A stretch of 64,000 nt of DNA from Candidatus Altiarchaeota archaeon. GTDB taxonomy: Archaea; Altiarchaeota; Altiarchaeia; IMC4; SCGC-AAA252-I15. The stretch spans positions 32,001 to 96,000 of the forward strand of contig JAZDNF010000003.1 of the NCBI GenBank assembly GCA_043800255.1. Reading direction: 5' to 3'. A program made the translations under genes and the position numbers. Below the pieces are notes generated by a model, which saw only the letters and a program-made list of their open reading frames with translations, did not search any database and was not told the origin of the DNA. How positions within the stretch are numbered: position 1 is the stretch's first letter; every line of letters starts with the position of its first letter. Positions 35,808 through 44,634 of this stretch are shown piece by piece.

Positions 35808-36584
35808 TCAGCCCTGCCGCACGCCCATTGGGTTGACGCCGATGCCTTCATCGATGAAGTACATGTGGTAGGGTTTGTCCTCTGTCTTCGTCAGGCGCAT
35901 CTTCTCTATGTACAGTCTCCGGCTGCCGTCGGGGCGCTTCTCCAAAAAGATGACGCCATCGCACTGGTACTCTGAGACTCCGTCAGTTGTTATGGTAAGG
36001 ACGTTCTCTATGGAAGGGTGAGCCTCTGCAATCCAGATTGAGGTGACTCCTAGGGATGAGACGTCCTTGATCAATGAGGTTATGTGCTCCCGCCTCACAT
36101 CCTCAGAAGTGAGGACGAAATCCCGCTCATCGCTTACCAGGGCAAGATCCTTGGAGGCGTTGCTCCTCAGCAGATACGCGGCGCCGGTGAGCATCGACAG
36201 AGAATCCACAGCCAAGACGGTGACGCCATCACGGACGTCAGATGATATCATCTCAATCAAAGAGCCCTGATCCTTGGTATAATCCTTCAAAGAGGCGAGC
36301 TTGAGAGACTTCCCGAAAATTTTGTCGATGTTCCAGCTGAAAGACTCCGCCTGCGCGACAAGCTTCTCAACAGACTCCTCAAAAGTCAGATAAAGACACT
36401 TCTCCCCTGCAGCCGCCATACACGTCAGCATCTGCAAAGCCATCACAGTCTTGCCAGTGCCAGCATAACCTGTGATCAACGCGGAAAAACCGCGGGGGAT
36501 GCCGCCGCCTATAAGAGGGTCCAACCCTGGGACTCCAGTCCCGATCCGCTCAACAGAAGATTTAGCCACAAGAGACCACCCCAA
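35808..36584 (-). CDS. KaiC/RAD55-like RecA-superfamily ATPase
   Basis: IGTGVPGLDPLIGGGIP, GYAGTGKT, LTFEES, AVDSLS, CDGVIFL, IEKMR. Confidence 0.88.
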   Translation of the reverse strand: MGWSLVAKSSVERIGTGVPGLDPLIGGGIPRGFSALITGYAGTGKTVMALQMLTCMAAAGEKCLYLTFEESVEKLVAQAESFSWNIDKIFGKSLKLASLKDYTKDQGSLIEMISSDVRDGVTVLAVDSLSMLTGAAYLLRSNASKDLALVSDERDFVLTSEDVRREHITSLIKDVSSLGVTSIWIAEAHPSIENVLTITTDGVSEYQCDGVIFLEKRPDGSRRLYIEKMRLTKTEDKPYHMYFIDEGIGVNPMGVRQG

Positions 36585-36643
36585 TGATAGATTACACGAC
36601 AGTATTTATATGATATATACGTGAACTCATAAATTAATACAAT

Positions 36644-37555
36644 ATGCCGTACGCGATACCAGCCAACGTAAAATACGAAGAACGGGTCATAGGGCCGTTC
36701 ACGCTGAAACAGTCCATCTTCGTAACCATCGGCGTCGGAATAAGCCTCTACGTTTACCTGGGGACGGAAATGCCGCTGATGGTGAAGATGACGATCATCT
36801 CGGTCGCCGGGCTCGCAACCATAGGGTTCGCGATGTTCGACCTCGACAGGAAGATAATGGACTACGTCTTCTTCTTCAGACAGCCTAAGACCACATCATG
36901 GCTGAACCCCGCCGCGAAAAAGCTGATGAACATAAAAAGCATACGAGCGGACATGGTCTTCCTAAAAGACGGCAACGCCCTCGGAGTCCTGAAAGTGAGG
37001 CCCATAAACTTCGGCATCATGAGCGACCAGGACAGGGACTCCGTCATATACGGTTTCCTCGAGTTCCTGAACAGCCTGAACTTCCCCATGCAGATTGTGA
37101 TGAGATCCGTCAACCTCGACCTGGAAGACTACCTCAGACACCTGAAAAGGAAGATAACGAAGAGAGACGACAGGATAGCCTTAGCATACTATGAACACTT
37201 CTCAGACTACCTGAGGAAGTACATAACGGAGAACAGGATAAACGACAGGCACTTCTACATTGTCGTTCCAGGAGAGAAGAAAGGCGACGAGAAGGGACGA
37301 CTGGACAGCCTCAGAAACAGATGCAACATCGTACAATCCAACCTAAGCCTGTCGGGAATAATCTCGGAGAGGATGAACACCCACCAGCTGATAAACTTTT
37401 ACAGCTCATACTTCACGGAAACCTTCGAGATACACGAGAGCTTCATAAGCCCGATAACAATGTACAGAAAGATGTGGACGGAATCCCCCAAGCAGATGGA
37501 AGAGAAGAGGGCGGCGGCCATGAAAAAGATGTCGGAGGCGAAACCGTCAGAATGA
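36644..37555 (+). CDS. PrgI/VirB3-like membrane protein fused to a VirB4 N-terminal-like domain
   Basis: IPANVKYEERVIGPFTLKQ (PrgI-like), 2 TMs, LKVRPINF...FLNSLNFPMQI, FYIVVP. Confidence 0.78.
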   Translation: MPYAIPANVKYEERVIGPFTLKQSIFVTIGVGISLYVYLGTEMPLMVKMTIISVAGLATIGFAMFDLDRKIMDYVFFFRQPKTTSWLNPAAKKLMNIKSIRADMVFLKDGNALGVLKVRPINFGIMSDQDRDSVIYGFLEFLNSLNFPMQIVMRSVNLDLEDYLRHLKRKITKRDDRIALAYYEHFSDYLRKYITENRINDRHFYIVVPGEKKGDEKGRLDSLRNRCNIVQSNLSLSGIISERMNTHQLINFYSSYFTETFEIHESFISPITMYRKMWTESPKQMEEKRAAAMKKMSEAKPSE

Positions 37556-39837
37556 ACCTGCCGTTCCTGAGCAAAAAGAAAAAGGAGGAGGGCAAGGAAG
37601 CCGCGGGAGAGAAATACAAGGAATACGAGGACAAGCTGATAGAATACCTGACAAGCCCGCCGATGATCATACAGCACCCGAAGGACATTCAGATAACCAA
37701 ATACCACCAGGTGATCACCGCGATAAACTATCCCCGGCTTGTCGACCCCGGATGGCTGACCAAGCTGATAGAACTGAACCTCGACTTCGACCTCAGCATA
37801 CACATCACACCATACTCCGTGGACTCGACGGTGAAGATGCTGGAAAACGAGATAAAAAAGCAGAAGACAGACCTCTACGCCCTTGAATCCGCAGGCAAGC
37901 TCATACCCCAGTCGCTCATACAGCAGCACCAGGACACGATGGCATTGCTCAACCTCGTCCAGGAGGGGACTGAGAAGATGTTCGACATGAGCCTCTGCAT
38001 AGACTCGAAAGCGTACACCAGCGAGGACCTTGAGAAGAACACCAAGGAGATAATGTCCACCATGAACTCCATACTCATAATACCGAAGATTCCCGCGCTG
38101 AGGATGATATCAGCCCTGAAGTCGACGCTGCCCATAGCCAACGACGAACTGCACATAACGAGGAACATCACATCATCGGCTGCCGCCGCATGCTTCCCCT
38201 TCGCTGTCACCTCGCTGGAACAGCACGCCTCAGGAATACTGATAGGATTCAACACGATAAACAGCATACCCATAATAATGGACCCCTTCGCCCTCAGCAA
38301 CCCCAACGTACTGGTCCTGGGAACGTCAGGAGGGGGGAAAAGCTTCGGGATAAAGCTGATAATGATGCGAGAGCTCATGGAAGGGCTTGACATAAACGTG
38401 ATAGACCCGCAGGGAGAGTACACTGGCCTGGTCGAGACCTTCGACGGGAACGTGATAAGGATAGCCCCTGACTCCACCAGCGTGATAAACCCGTTCGACC
38501 TCCTCGACCAGCCGTTGGACGAGAAGAAACTGTCCCTGTTGGCGTTCTTCAGAGTCCTACTGGGAGAGCTGACGCCGCAGCAGGCCGCCATACTGGACGA
38601 GGCCATAGAGCACGTTTATGAGGACAAAGGCATAACAATGGACCCAAAAGGCTGGAGCAACAAGCCGCCAACCATAGAGGACCTCTACAATGAGGTGCTC
38701 CCGTTGACGAGAAGCAGCAAGGAGGTCATCTACAAGCCTGCGATGGAAATCGTGAACAGGCTGAAAAGCTACGTCTTCGGGCCGATGAGATTCCTGAACC
38801 AGCACACCAAGATAGACTTGAACGCGAGGATGATATCCTTCGACATAAGGGACGCCCCAGAAGTCGGTAAGCCGACGCTCATGTACCTCATACTCGAATA
38901 CGTTTACACGCAGATGAAGAAGACCAAGAGGAGGAAGATGCTCGTCATCGACGAGGCCTGGACCGTACTATCCGCAGGGGAGGAGGCGGAATACGTCCTC
39001 AAGATAGTGAAAACGTGCAGAAAATTCAACCTCTCACTGTGCATCATAACCCAGGACGTCGAAGACGTCCTAACATCGAGGGCTGGGAGGGCAGTGCTGA
39101 CGAACACGGCGACAAAAATACTGCTTAAACAGGACGTCGCGGTAGTCGACCAGATCGTCGAACAGTTCAACCTCAACAAAGCCGAACAGCAGTATCTTGG
39201 AATCGCAACCATGGGAAGGGCGCTGCTGATAGCGGAAAACACCAGGATACCGATATACATACAAGCATCCCCGGATGAGTACATGCTGATAACCACGAAA
39301 CCTGATGAGATGCTGCAGAAACAGCAGATGGAGATAGTCCACCCCGAATCAACAGAACTTAAGACTGAATTCGACCTCAGCAAGAAGGTTCAGTTGAAAT
39401 CCCTCCTCTCCGACGAGCAGATAATGTTCCTGGAGAAGAGAGACTACGAGGAAGTCAGAGTGAACACCCTCGGAGGCTCAAGCGACCTCTTCCTCATAGT
39501 CAACGAGACCCAGGAGACGGACGAACACTTCGTACTCCAGACCCTCATCTACGAGGACATAAAAAAGTACACAGACCAGGTGCTCATACACCACACGAGG
39601 CTGCCGGACATCACATTCGAAGCCTCCGATGGGAGGATGATAGCGGTCGAAATAATAGCCGGGGTGGGAGCTAAAAGGGCTGTGGAGGAGCTGAAGACGA
39701 AGCACAACGTCCTCAAAAAATACGACGAATACTTCATCGTCTGCGACGATGCGACGGTCGTGAAGGAGTTTGCTGACAAGTACGGGGAAGTCATACCAAG
39801 GACAAACGTGCAAGGCAGGGCAGCATCCTACTTCTAG
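37552..39837 (+). CDS. virB4: VirB4-like type IV secretion/conjugation ATPase
   Basis: NPNVLVLGTSGGGKS (Walker A), VIDPQGEY, INPFD, LVIDEAW (Walker B), RKF...ITQ. ATG 37552 overlaps the upstream stop (ATGA). Confidence 0.9.
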   Translation: MNLPFLSKKKKEEGKEAAGEKYKEYEDKLIEYLTSPPMIIQHPKDIQITKYHQVITAINYPRLVDPGWLTKLIELNLDFDLSIHITPYSVDSTVKMLENEIKKQKTDLYALESAGKLIPQSLIQQHQDTMALLNLVQEGTEKMFDMSLCIDSKAYTSEDLEKNTKEIMSTMNSILIIPKIPALRMISALKSTLPIANDELHITRNITSSAAAACFPFAVTSLEQHASGILIGFNTINSIPIIMDPFALSNPNVLVLGTSGGGKSFGIKLIMMRELMEGLDINVIDPQGEYTGLVETFDGNVIRIAPDSTSVINPFDLLDQPLDEKKLSLLAFFRVLLGELTPQQAAILDEAIEHVYEDKGITMDPKGWSNKPPTIEDLYNEVLPLTRSSKEVIYKPAMEIVNRLKSYVFGPMRFLNQHTKIDLNARMISFDIRDAPEVGKPTLMYLILEYVYTQMKKTKRRKMLVIDEAWTVLSAGEEAEYVLKIVKTCRKFNLSLCIITQDVEDVLTSRAGRAVLTNTATKILLKQDVAVVDQIVEQFNLNKAEQQYLGIATMGRALLIAENTRIPIYIQASPDEYMLITTKPDEMLQKQQMEIVHPESTELKTEFDLSKKVQLKSLLSDEQIMFLEKRDYEEVRVNTLGGSSDLFLIVNETQETDEHFVLQTLIYEDIKKYTDQVLIHHTRLPDITFEASDGRMIAVEIIAGVGAKRAVEELKTKHNVLKKYDEYFIVCDDATVVKEFADKYGEVIPRTNVQGRAASYF

Positions 39838-39841
39838 CGGT

Positions 39842-39989
39842 TGTCAAGAACCGCCGGTGTGTCGGAGGCATCTGCCTCCGACACGCGCCCGAGCAAGGCT
39901 CGGCCGCGTCAGAGACCAGCGGCATGGGTTACATCAGCTAGATTCTTGACAGATGATTTCCACCATCAGTCAATAGACTGGTGGAAATC
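39842..39989. repeat. Structured intergenic element: 110-bp unit with TGTCAAGAA inverted ends and internal hairpins, plus an adjacent hairpin
   Basis: TGTCAAGAA (39842) / TTCTTGACA (39943); 12-bp stem GTGTCGGAGGCA-tc-TGCCTCCGACAC; CCGAGC-aag-GCTCGG; GATTTCCACCA...TGGTGGAAATC (39955-39989). Confidence 0.6.
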
Positions 39990-40024
39990 TTAGATTTATA
40001 GAACCAATTCAGATAGGTTATAAC

Positions 40025-42244
40025 ATGAACCGCCAGCTGGAACTTCTGCTCATAATCTCGACGCTCATATTGCTGTCAGCATCATCTAGCGCCCAACGAT
40101 GCTATGCGAGAGGGCCTCCCCGCCACCCTTTCGCAGACCAGATATCAGACTGTTATGAAGTGGGCGTCTGCTTCCCGGAGAATTATCTGATGACTATCTG
40201 GAGGTGTTCAGAATGCTCGCCAGACGTCTACTGCGCAGACTATGACATAGACTGGGTATGCAACGACGACCCATGCAAAGCCGGGGGCGCAACACCCTGC
40301 CAGTGGAAGGACGGATACTGCTACAACGAATGCGTAGCCTACGGAGCCGATGATGCAATATGCAGGAACAACAACTGCTGGATGGAATACGACGAAAGCT
40401 GCGACGGGTCAGCCTGCGGCGCATGCGGACCGAAACAGTGCGTGGAATGCAAAAAAGAGATAGAATGCAGGAACTATCTCTGCAAGGAAGACTGCGAAGC
40501 CAACCCGTGCAAGGCATCCAGCGGCAAGGTAGCTGGAGGATGCGTATGGGGTGTTGGAATGCTGGGTGAGGCATGCCTGACAGACTTGGACGGCGACAAG
40601 GTAGCAGACAACGAGGACAACTGCGTGACTATCGGAAATTCCAACCAGGAGAACCAGTACTGCGACAAACCTGGAGGAGACTGGAACACAAACAGGGACG
40701 CATGCGACGAGAACGGAGACCACTGCGACGACACCGACGGAGACGGGCTTTTTGACGCCACCGAAGACAACAACACAAACGGGTCATTCGACTGGGGCAT
40801 AGACATGTCCAACCCCATGGACATAGACACCAACGACAACTGCATCGGCGACGGCGTCGAATTCGGCTTCAACCCGATATTCGACCTCCTCAAGAAGATA
40901 GCTGTAGGAGCTGCTGTGACCATGCTAGCCTACCACGCCGCAAAGTGGATTATGTCCGAGAATCCCGCAGACAGGGACAACGCAAAAAAGTCGATAATCT
41001 ACACACTATTCGGGACCATACTGCTTGTCGGAGGCAACCAGATGGCAGTCTTCATACTTTCGGCAAACTGCCAGGGCGAGACGCCTGATAGAGGATACAC
41101 CTGCAATTGCACTCCGCCCTCGGGAACCGGAGGCACGGAGGGAAGCTGCCCGTTCGTCTACTCCTACGACGGAGAACGGTACTATTATGAGCATGAGTCG
41201 TTCCCCTATGCTGCGCTGAAGGCGCTGGAATACGAGACTTACGGCGCTCTGACCAACCTGAAAAGCGTGAACGGCTCCTACATCCTGAAGGTGACCGAGG
41301 AGCGGGACGAGGAATCCTACATCAACAGGTTAAAGCTTGACGTCATAGACTATGACGGCTATGGGATAATGCCAGACGTCCGGGGAAGAGTGCACACGGT
41401 AGGGGAGAGTATCAGCCCGCAATCGTGCGAGACGAAAGGCGGAGATGACTGCCTCGAAGATGTTAAGGGAGAGGACAATCTCTACTGGACCAGCAATCTG
41501 GAAGGGAAGGACCTGACAGCAAAGGAGAACTACAAGGACTATGTCATCCTTAACTTTGGAAAAAGAAGGGCAGATAACGTTAAACTCCTGGTAAGCATGA
41601 AAAGCACCATACTATTGGACAAGTGGGGGATAGCATTACAGTCAATAGGGAACTACAACGAACTGTCAGAGAAAATCCTCTCAGCGCCGATAATAGGCGA
41701 AAAATGGAAGGACAAAGTCTTTGAGGAGTCGATGATGCACGTTCAACTGTGGGACGGCGCAAAATGGGCGGAGCAGGAGAGGATAGGGGTTGGAAGGGAA
41801 GGATGGGTTCAGCTTCTGATACCGATCAATCTGAGCGGGTTGGACACGGACGAGATAACGGTGAGGCTGATAGCGCCGGCTGGGACGTACGAGGTCAACT
41901 CCGTCCACATTGACACGACACCTGATAGAAAGTACATGATGGAAGAGGCTGTGCCGTATGATGCTACCAGCTCGGGAGGCGAGGACATGCTTGCCGAGAT
42001 TGTATCAGACGACGGCGAATATGCGAACCTGAAGAAGGGAGAGCATGCGATCATAAGATACAGGAGCGTGCCGGAGGAGCAAGGATACTCCAGAGGTTAC
42101 GTCGTCAGTGCAAAGGGCTACTTTTATTTGACCAGAGTGAATAATATATCAGCAGTCGACACGATAAGGAACATTCCAGAATACCTGAGAATGGCTTTCG
42201 AAGAAGATTATGGTCCGAAATACCTCACGCCACGGGTTGTATAG
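40025..42244 (+). CDS. Large pilin-like protein with Cys-rich, Ca-binding (TSP3-like) and C-terminal beta domains
   Basis: Signal peptide, dense Cys repeats, DLDGDKVADNEDNC / DTDGDG, internal TM-AAKWIMSENPADRDNAKK-TM, SCPFVYSYDG domain. Confidence 0.72.
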   Translation: MNRQLELLLIISTLILLSASSSAQRCYARGPPRHPFADQISDCYEVGVCFPENYLMTIWRCSECSPDVYCADYDIDWVCNDDPCKAGGATPCQWKDGYCYNECVAYGADDAICRNNNCWMEYDESCDGSACGACGPKQCVECKKEIECRNYLCKEDCEANPCKASSGKVAGGCVWGVGMLGEACLTDLDGDKVADNEDNCVTIGNSNQENQYCDKPGGDWNTNRDACDENGDHCDDTDGDGLFDATEDNNTNGSFDWGIDMSNPMDIDTNDNCIGDGVEFGFNPIFDLLKKIAVGAAVTMLAYHAAKWIMSENPADRDNAKKSIIYTLFGTILLVGGNQMAVFILSANCQGETPDRGYTCNCTPPSGTGGTEGSCPFVYSYDGERYYYEHESFPYAALKALEYETYGALTNLKSVNGSYILKVTEERDEESYINRLKLDVIDYDGYGIMPDVRGRVHTVGESISPQSCETKGGDDCLEDVKGEDNLYWTSNLEGKDLTAKENYKDYVILNFGKRRADNVKLLVSMKSTILLDKWGIALQSIGNYNELSEKILSAPIIGEKWKDKVFEESMMHVQLWDGAKWAEQERIGVGREGWVQLLIPINLSGLDTDEITVRLIAPAGTYEVNSVHIDTTPDRKYMMEEAVPYDATSSGGEDMLAEIVSDDGEYANLKKGEHAIIRYRSVPEEQGYSRGYVVSAKGYFYLTRVNNISAVDTIRNIPEYLRMAFEEDYGPKYLTPRVV

Positions 42245-42605
42245 GATTTTACTGGCCTTTCAGGCTATAAGAAGGTACGGCAGGCTGCTTCTCGTGATAC
42301 CATTAGCGTTGAACGCCAGCGCAGGCGGCACTGACATGGCAGAATTGAACTCGCTGAATGAGGGCCTCGTCACAGTCGCCGCGGCATTGGGAGTCCTGAT
42401 GATATCCATACAAGGACTGAAGTGGGTGACATCTGACACCCCGCAGGACAGGGCTGACGCGAAAAAAGGCCTCGAATACATACTCATAGGGCTGCTGGTC
42501 GTCTACCTGGCAGGCGTGATAGTATGCGGCCTCTATGGGGTGGCACTATCCGCGTACAGCATAAGCTGCGTCATGAACGGCGTAGTCTGCGAATGCGACC
42601 CCTGA
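42210..42605 (+). CDS. TrbC/VirB2-like pilin
   Basis: GLKWVTSDTPQDRADAKKGLEYILIGL between two TMs; Cys-rich tail; start uncertain. Confidence 0.75.
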   Translation: MVRNTSRHGLYRILLAFQAIRRYGRLLLVIPLALNASAGGTDMAELNSLNEGLVTVAAALGVLMISIQGLKWVTSDTPQDRADAKKGLEYILIGLLVVYLAGVIVCGLYGVALSAYSISCVMNGVVCECDP

Positions 42606-43130
42606 TCAACCATATGCGTGAGTCGGAGGATACTGTTTAATCAGGAATTTCTTGACATCTTCGAAAGGCAGATTAGGGTCGGAGACGTTCACGGCAACGA
42701 CAGTGTTCTCCGAACGCCAAGCTATGAACCTGCTGCCACCATAGGATACAAGATAGGTTGAATCATTGAGAGGCTCCAGCCGGAGTGACATGCTCACAAG
42801 GGTTGTGTTAAGCCAAATGTCAGGATTGTCGTTGAAGAAAACCTGGAATCTTGAGCCTCCGGAATCAAAGTACGACTCTGTGAACTTTACGTTGGAGGCG
42901 CCGCTGCCGTAAGGGATTTTGAGAATCCGGGATGCAGATTCGACCAGCTCATAATCGAACACCAGAGTTGAAGTGTAAAGCGGGCCATCAGCAACCTCGT
43001 CGCCGCTGCTCAGCAGCAGATAGACTACAACAACAATCGCGATTCCTGCAAGCAGAAGAAGCCGTTTATCCTTAGGCCTGTCCTTCTCAGACCTCTCCAC
43101 CGCAACAGGAGATTCAAACTCTGAATCCAT
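42606..43130 (-). CDS. Single-TM hypothetical protein
   Basis: N-terminal TM LLLLAGIAIVVVVYLLL; directly follows serS. Confidence 0.6.
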   Translation of the reverse strand: MDSEFESPVAVERSEKDRPKDKRLLLLAGIAIVVVVYLLLSSGDEVADGPLYTSTLVFDYELVESASRILKIPYGSGASNVKFTESYFDSGGSRFQVFFNDNPDIWLNTTLVSMSLRLEPLNDSTYLVSYGGSRFIAWRSENTVVAVNVSDPNLPFEDVKKFLIKQYPPTHAYG

Positions 43131-43131
43131 C

Positions 43132-44634
43132 TCACAGGAACTTCACGTCATCTGGTATTTTTCCAACATACTTTTTGAAGCCCTTAGGCCAGTCGGCAGG
43201 GTCAAAACCCTTCTGCGCCAGAAAGGCTGAAAGGTAGCGTTCGAAGCTGCCTCCAGCGCACCCGGACCAGAGTTCCCCCTTCTGGCCTTTCACGTTGAAC
43301 GACTTGGGATACGAGTCCCCGTTATTGGAGCAGTTCTGAACCTCAAGCCATTTCCCGCTGTAGGGGAGCTCGGCCTCGAAGTCGACGGTGCCTACTACCA
43401 TTTTATCATCGACCTCGTAGAGGCCCTTCTGTTCCATGAACCAGGGAGTCACCCAAGCCTCTCTCATGTTCAGCTCCAGTGTCTTCTCCATGAGATGCCT
43501 GAATTTTTTCCTAACCTCATCCGTCAGCTTCCCGGTCTGCTCCTCGGTCCCGACCCACAGCGTCTCAACCCTGTGCAGCTCGTCAACCCTCTCGAACCCG
43601 TGGGCTCCGCCGCTCTCATACCGGTAAGTAGGGCCGCTCCAGTCGAACACCTTGATCGGCAGGGAAGAGTCTGAGACCGTCTCGCCCTCAAGGTAAGTCC
43701 AGAATGGAGGGCACTGGGCGAACGCGAGACCGCCCTTCGGAGGCTCAAGCCGCTCCAGCAGCTTCTCATAGGGCATTTCGCCGGTTATCTTAATCAGGTC
43801 GGTTATCTCCTCCCAGTCGGCTGGGTCAGCGCTCTTAGGAGTCGCGTAAAAGTAGGGGTTGAACGCCCCATAGTATAAGGCCTTCATGTGGCCTGACTTC
43901 TTCCACGTTATCCAGTCGACGAGCTTGGGGAATATCATCCCAACGAAGCCGAGAGGCTCGTACACCGTTTCGACGATGGCCCTCTTAATCGCCTCGCACA
44001 ATTCCGTGATCTGCGGCCCTAAGACGAACTGGTTCCTGTGAGGCGTCCGCTTGATCCACTTCCTCCCCAAAAGCTCCTGCGAGGGGTCCTCAGAGTAGAA
44101 TGTCTTTTGCTTTTTGCCATCGTAGACCACCCGGTGATGCTCCTCCCTGGCGCCGTATCCCTGCTCTTTGACCTTGTCCTTCACGAGGTTCACAATCCGG
44201 TCAACGTAGTTCTTCCTCAGGAATTCTTCTGAGAGGTCCTCGAGGACGAGCGAACAGACCGTGCCCTCAAAACTGACCTTTTTCGCATAGGGCACCGTAA
44301 CAGGCTTCTTAGGGGGCAGGTCGACCTCGAACCTTATCTCATACTTTCGCCCGATGATGTCTCTAACGCCGAGATGATGCTCCTTGCCGAGCGCGCTCAC
44401 GAAAAAATTCTTTAATCGCAGTACAGCATCATGGGGCCTCACGTAGCTTCCTGAAGTCACGATCAGGGACAGTTTCTCTCCTGAGACCCTGATGTCCGTG
44501 ACTTTCGCCCCGACGCCGTTGGGGTCGCCTTTCTTCAGAATTCCATCGGCCCTGCCGATGACAGCCTTGAAATCCAGGTCTCCGGGATTCTTCGTCAGTA
44601 TGAAGTCACACTCTAGCCTGAAATCCATCGTCAA
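43132..44634 (-). CDS. serS: Methanogen-type (type 2) seryl-tRNA synthetase
   Basis: SGSYVRPHDAVLRLK N-domain, FAQCPPFW, DWSGPTYRYESGGAHGFERVDELHRVE, WSGCAG. Confidence 0.9.
   Translation of the reverse strand: MTMDFRLECDFILTKNPGDLDFKAVIGRADGILKKGDPNGVGAKVTDIRVSGEKLSLIVTSGSYVRPHDAVLRLKNFFVSALGKEHHLGVRDIIGRKYEIRFEVDLPPKKPVTVPYAKKVSFEGTVCSLVLEDLSEEFLRKNYVDRIVNLVKDKVKEQGYGAREEHHRVVYDGKKQKTFYSEDPSQELLGRKWIKRTPHRNQFVLGPQITELCEAIKRAIVETVYEPLGFVGMIFPKLVDWITWKKSGHMKALYYGAFNPYFYATPKSADPADWEEITDLIKITGEMPYEKLLERLEPPKGGLAFAQCPPFWTYLEGETVSDSSLPIKVFDWSGPTYRYESGGAHGFERVDELHRVETLWVGTEEQTGKLTDEVRKKFRHLMEKTLELNMREAWVTPWFMEQKGLYEVDDKMVVGTVDFEAELPYSGKWLEVQNCSNNGDSYPKSFNVKGQKGELWSGCAGGSFERYLSAFLAQKGFDPADWPKGFKKYVGKIPDDVKFL

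Noticed and set aside
35686-35808. 40-codon minus-strand ORF overlapping the KaiC stop (MSSRHLL...VCCGI)
   Set aside because: No recognisable motif or other coding support; could be chance.
37321-37551. N-terminal 77 aa of the track ORF for VirB4
   Set aside because: Overlaps the upstream gene; the ATGA-coupled start at 37552 is more plausible.
21094-42605. Integrated conjugative element or provirus
   Set aside because: No integrase, relaxase, replication or capsid genes and no att repeats are visible in the window.
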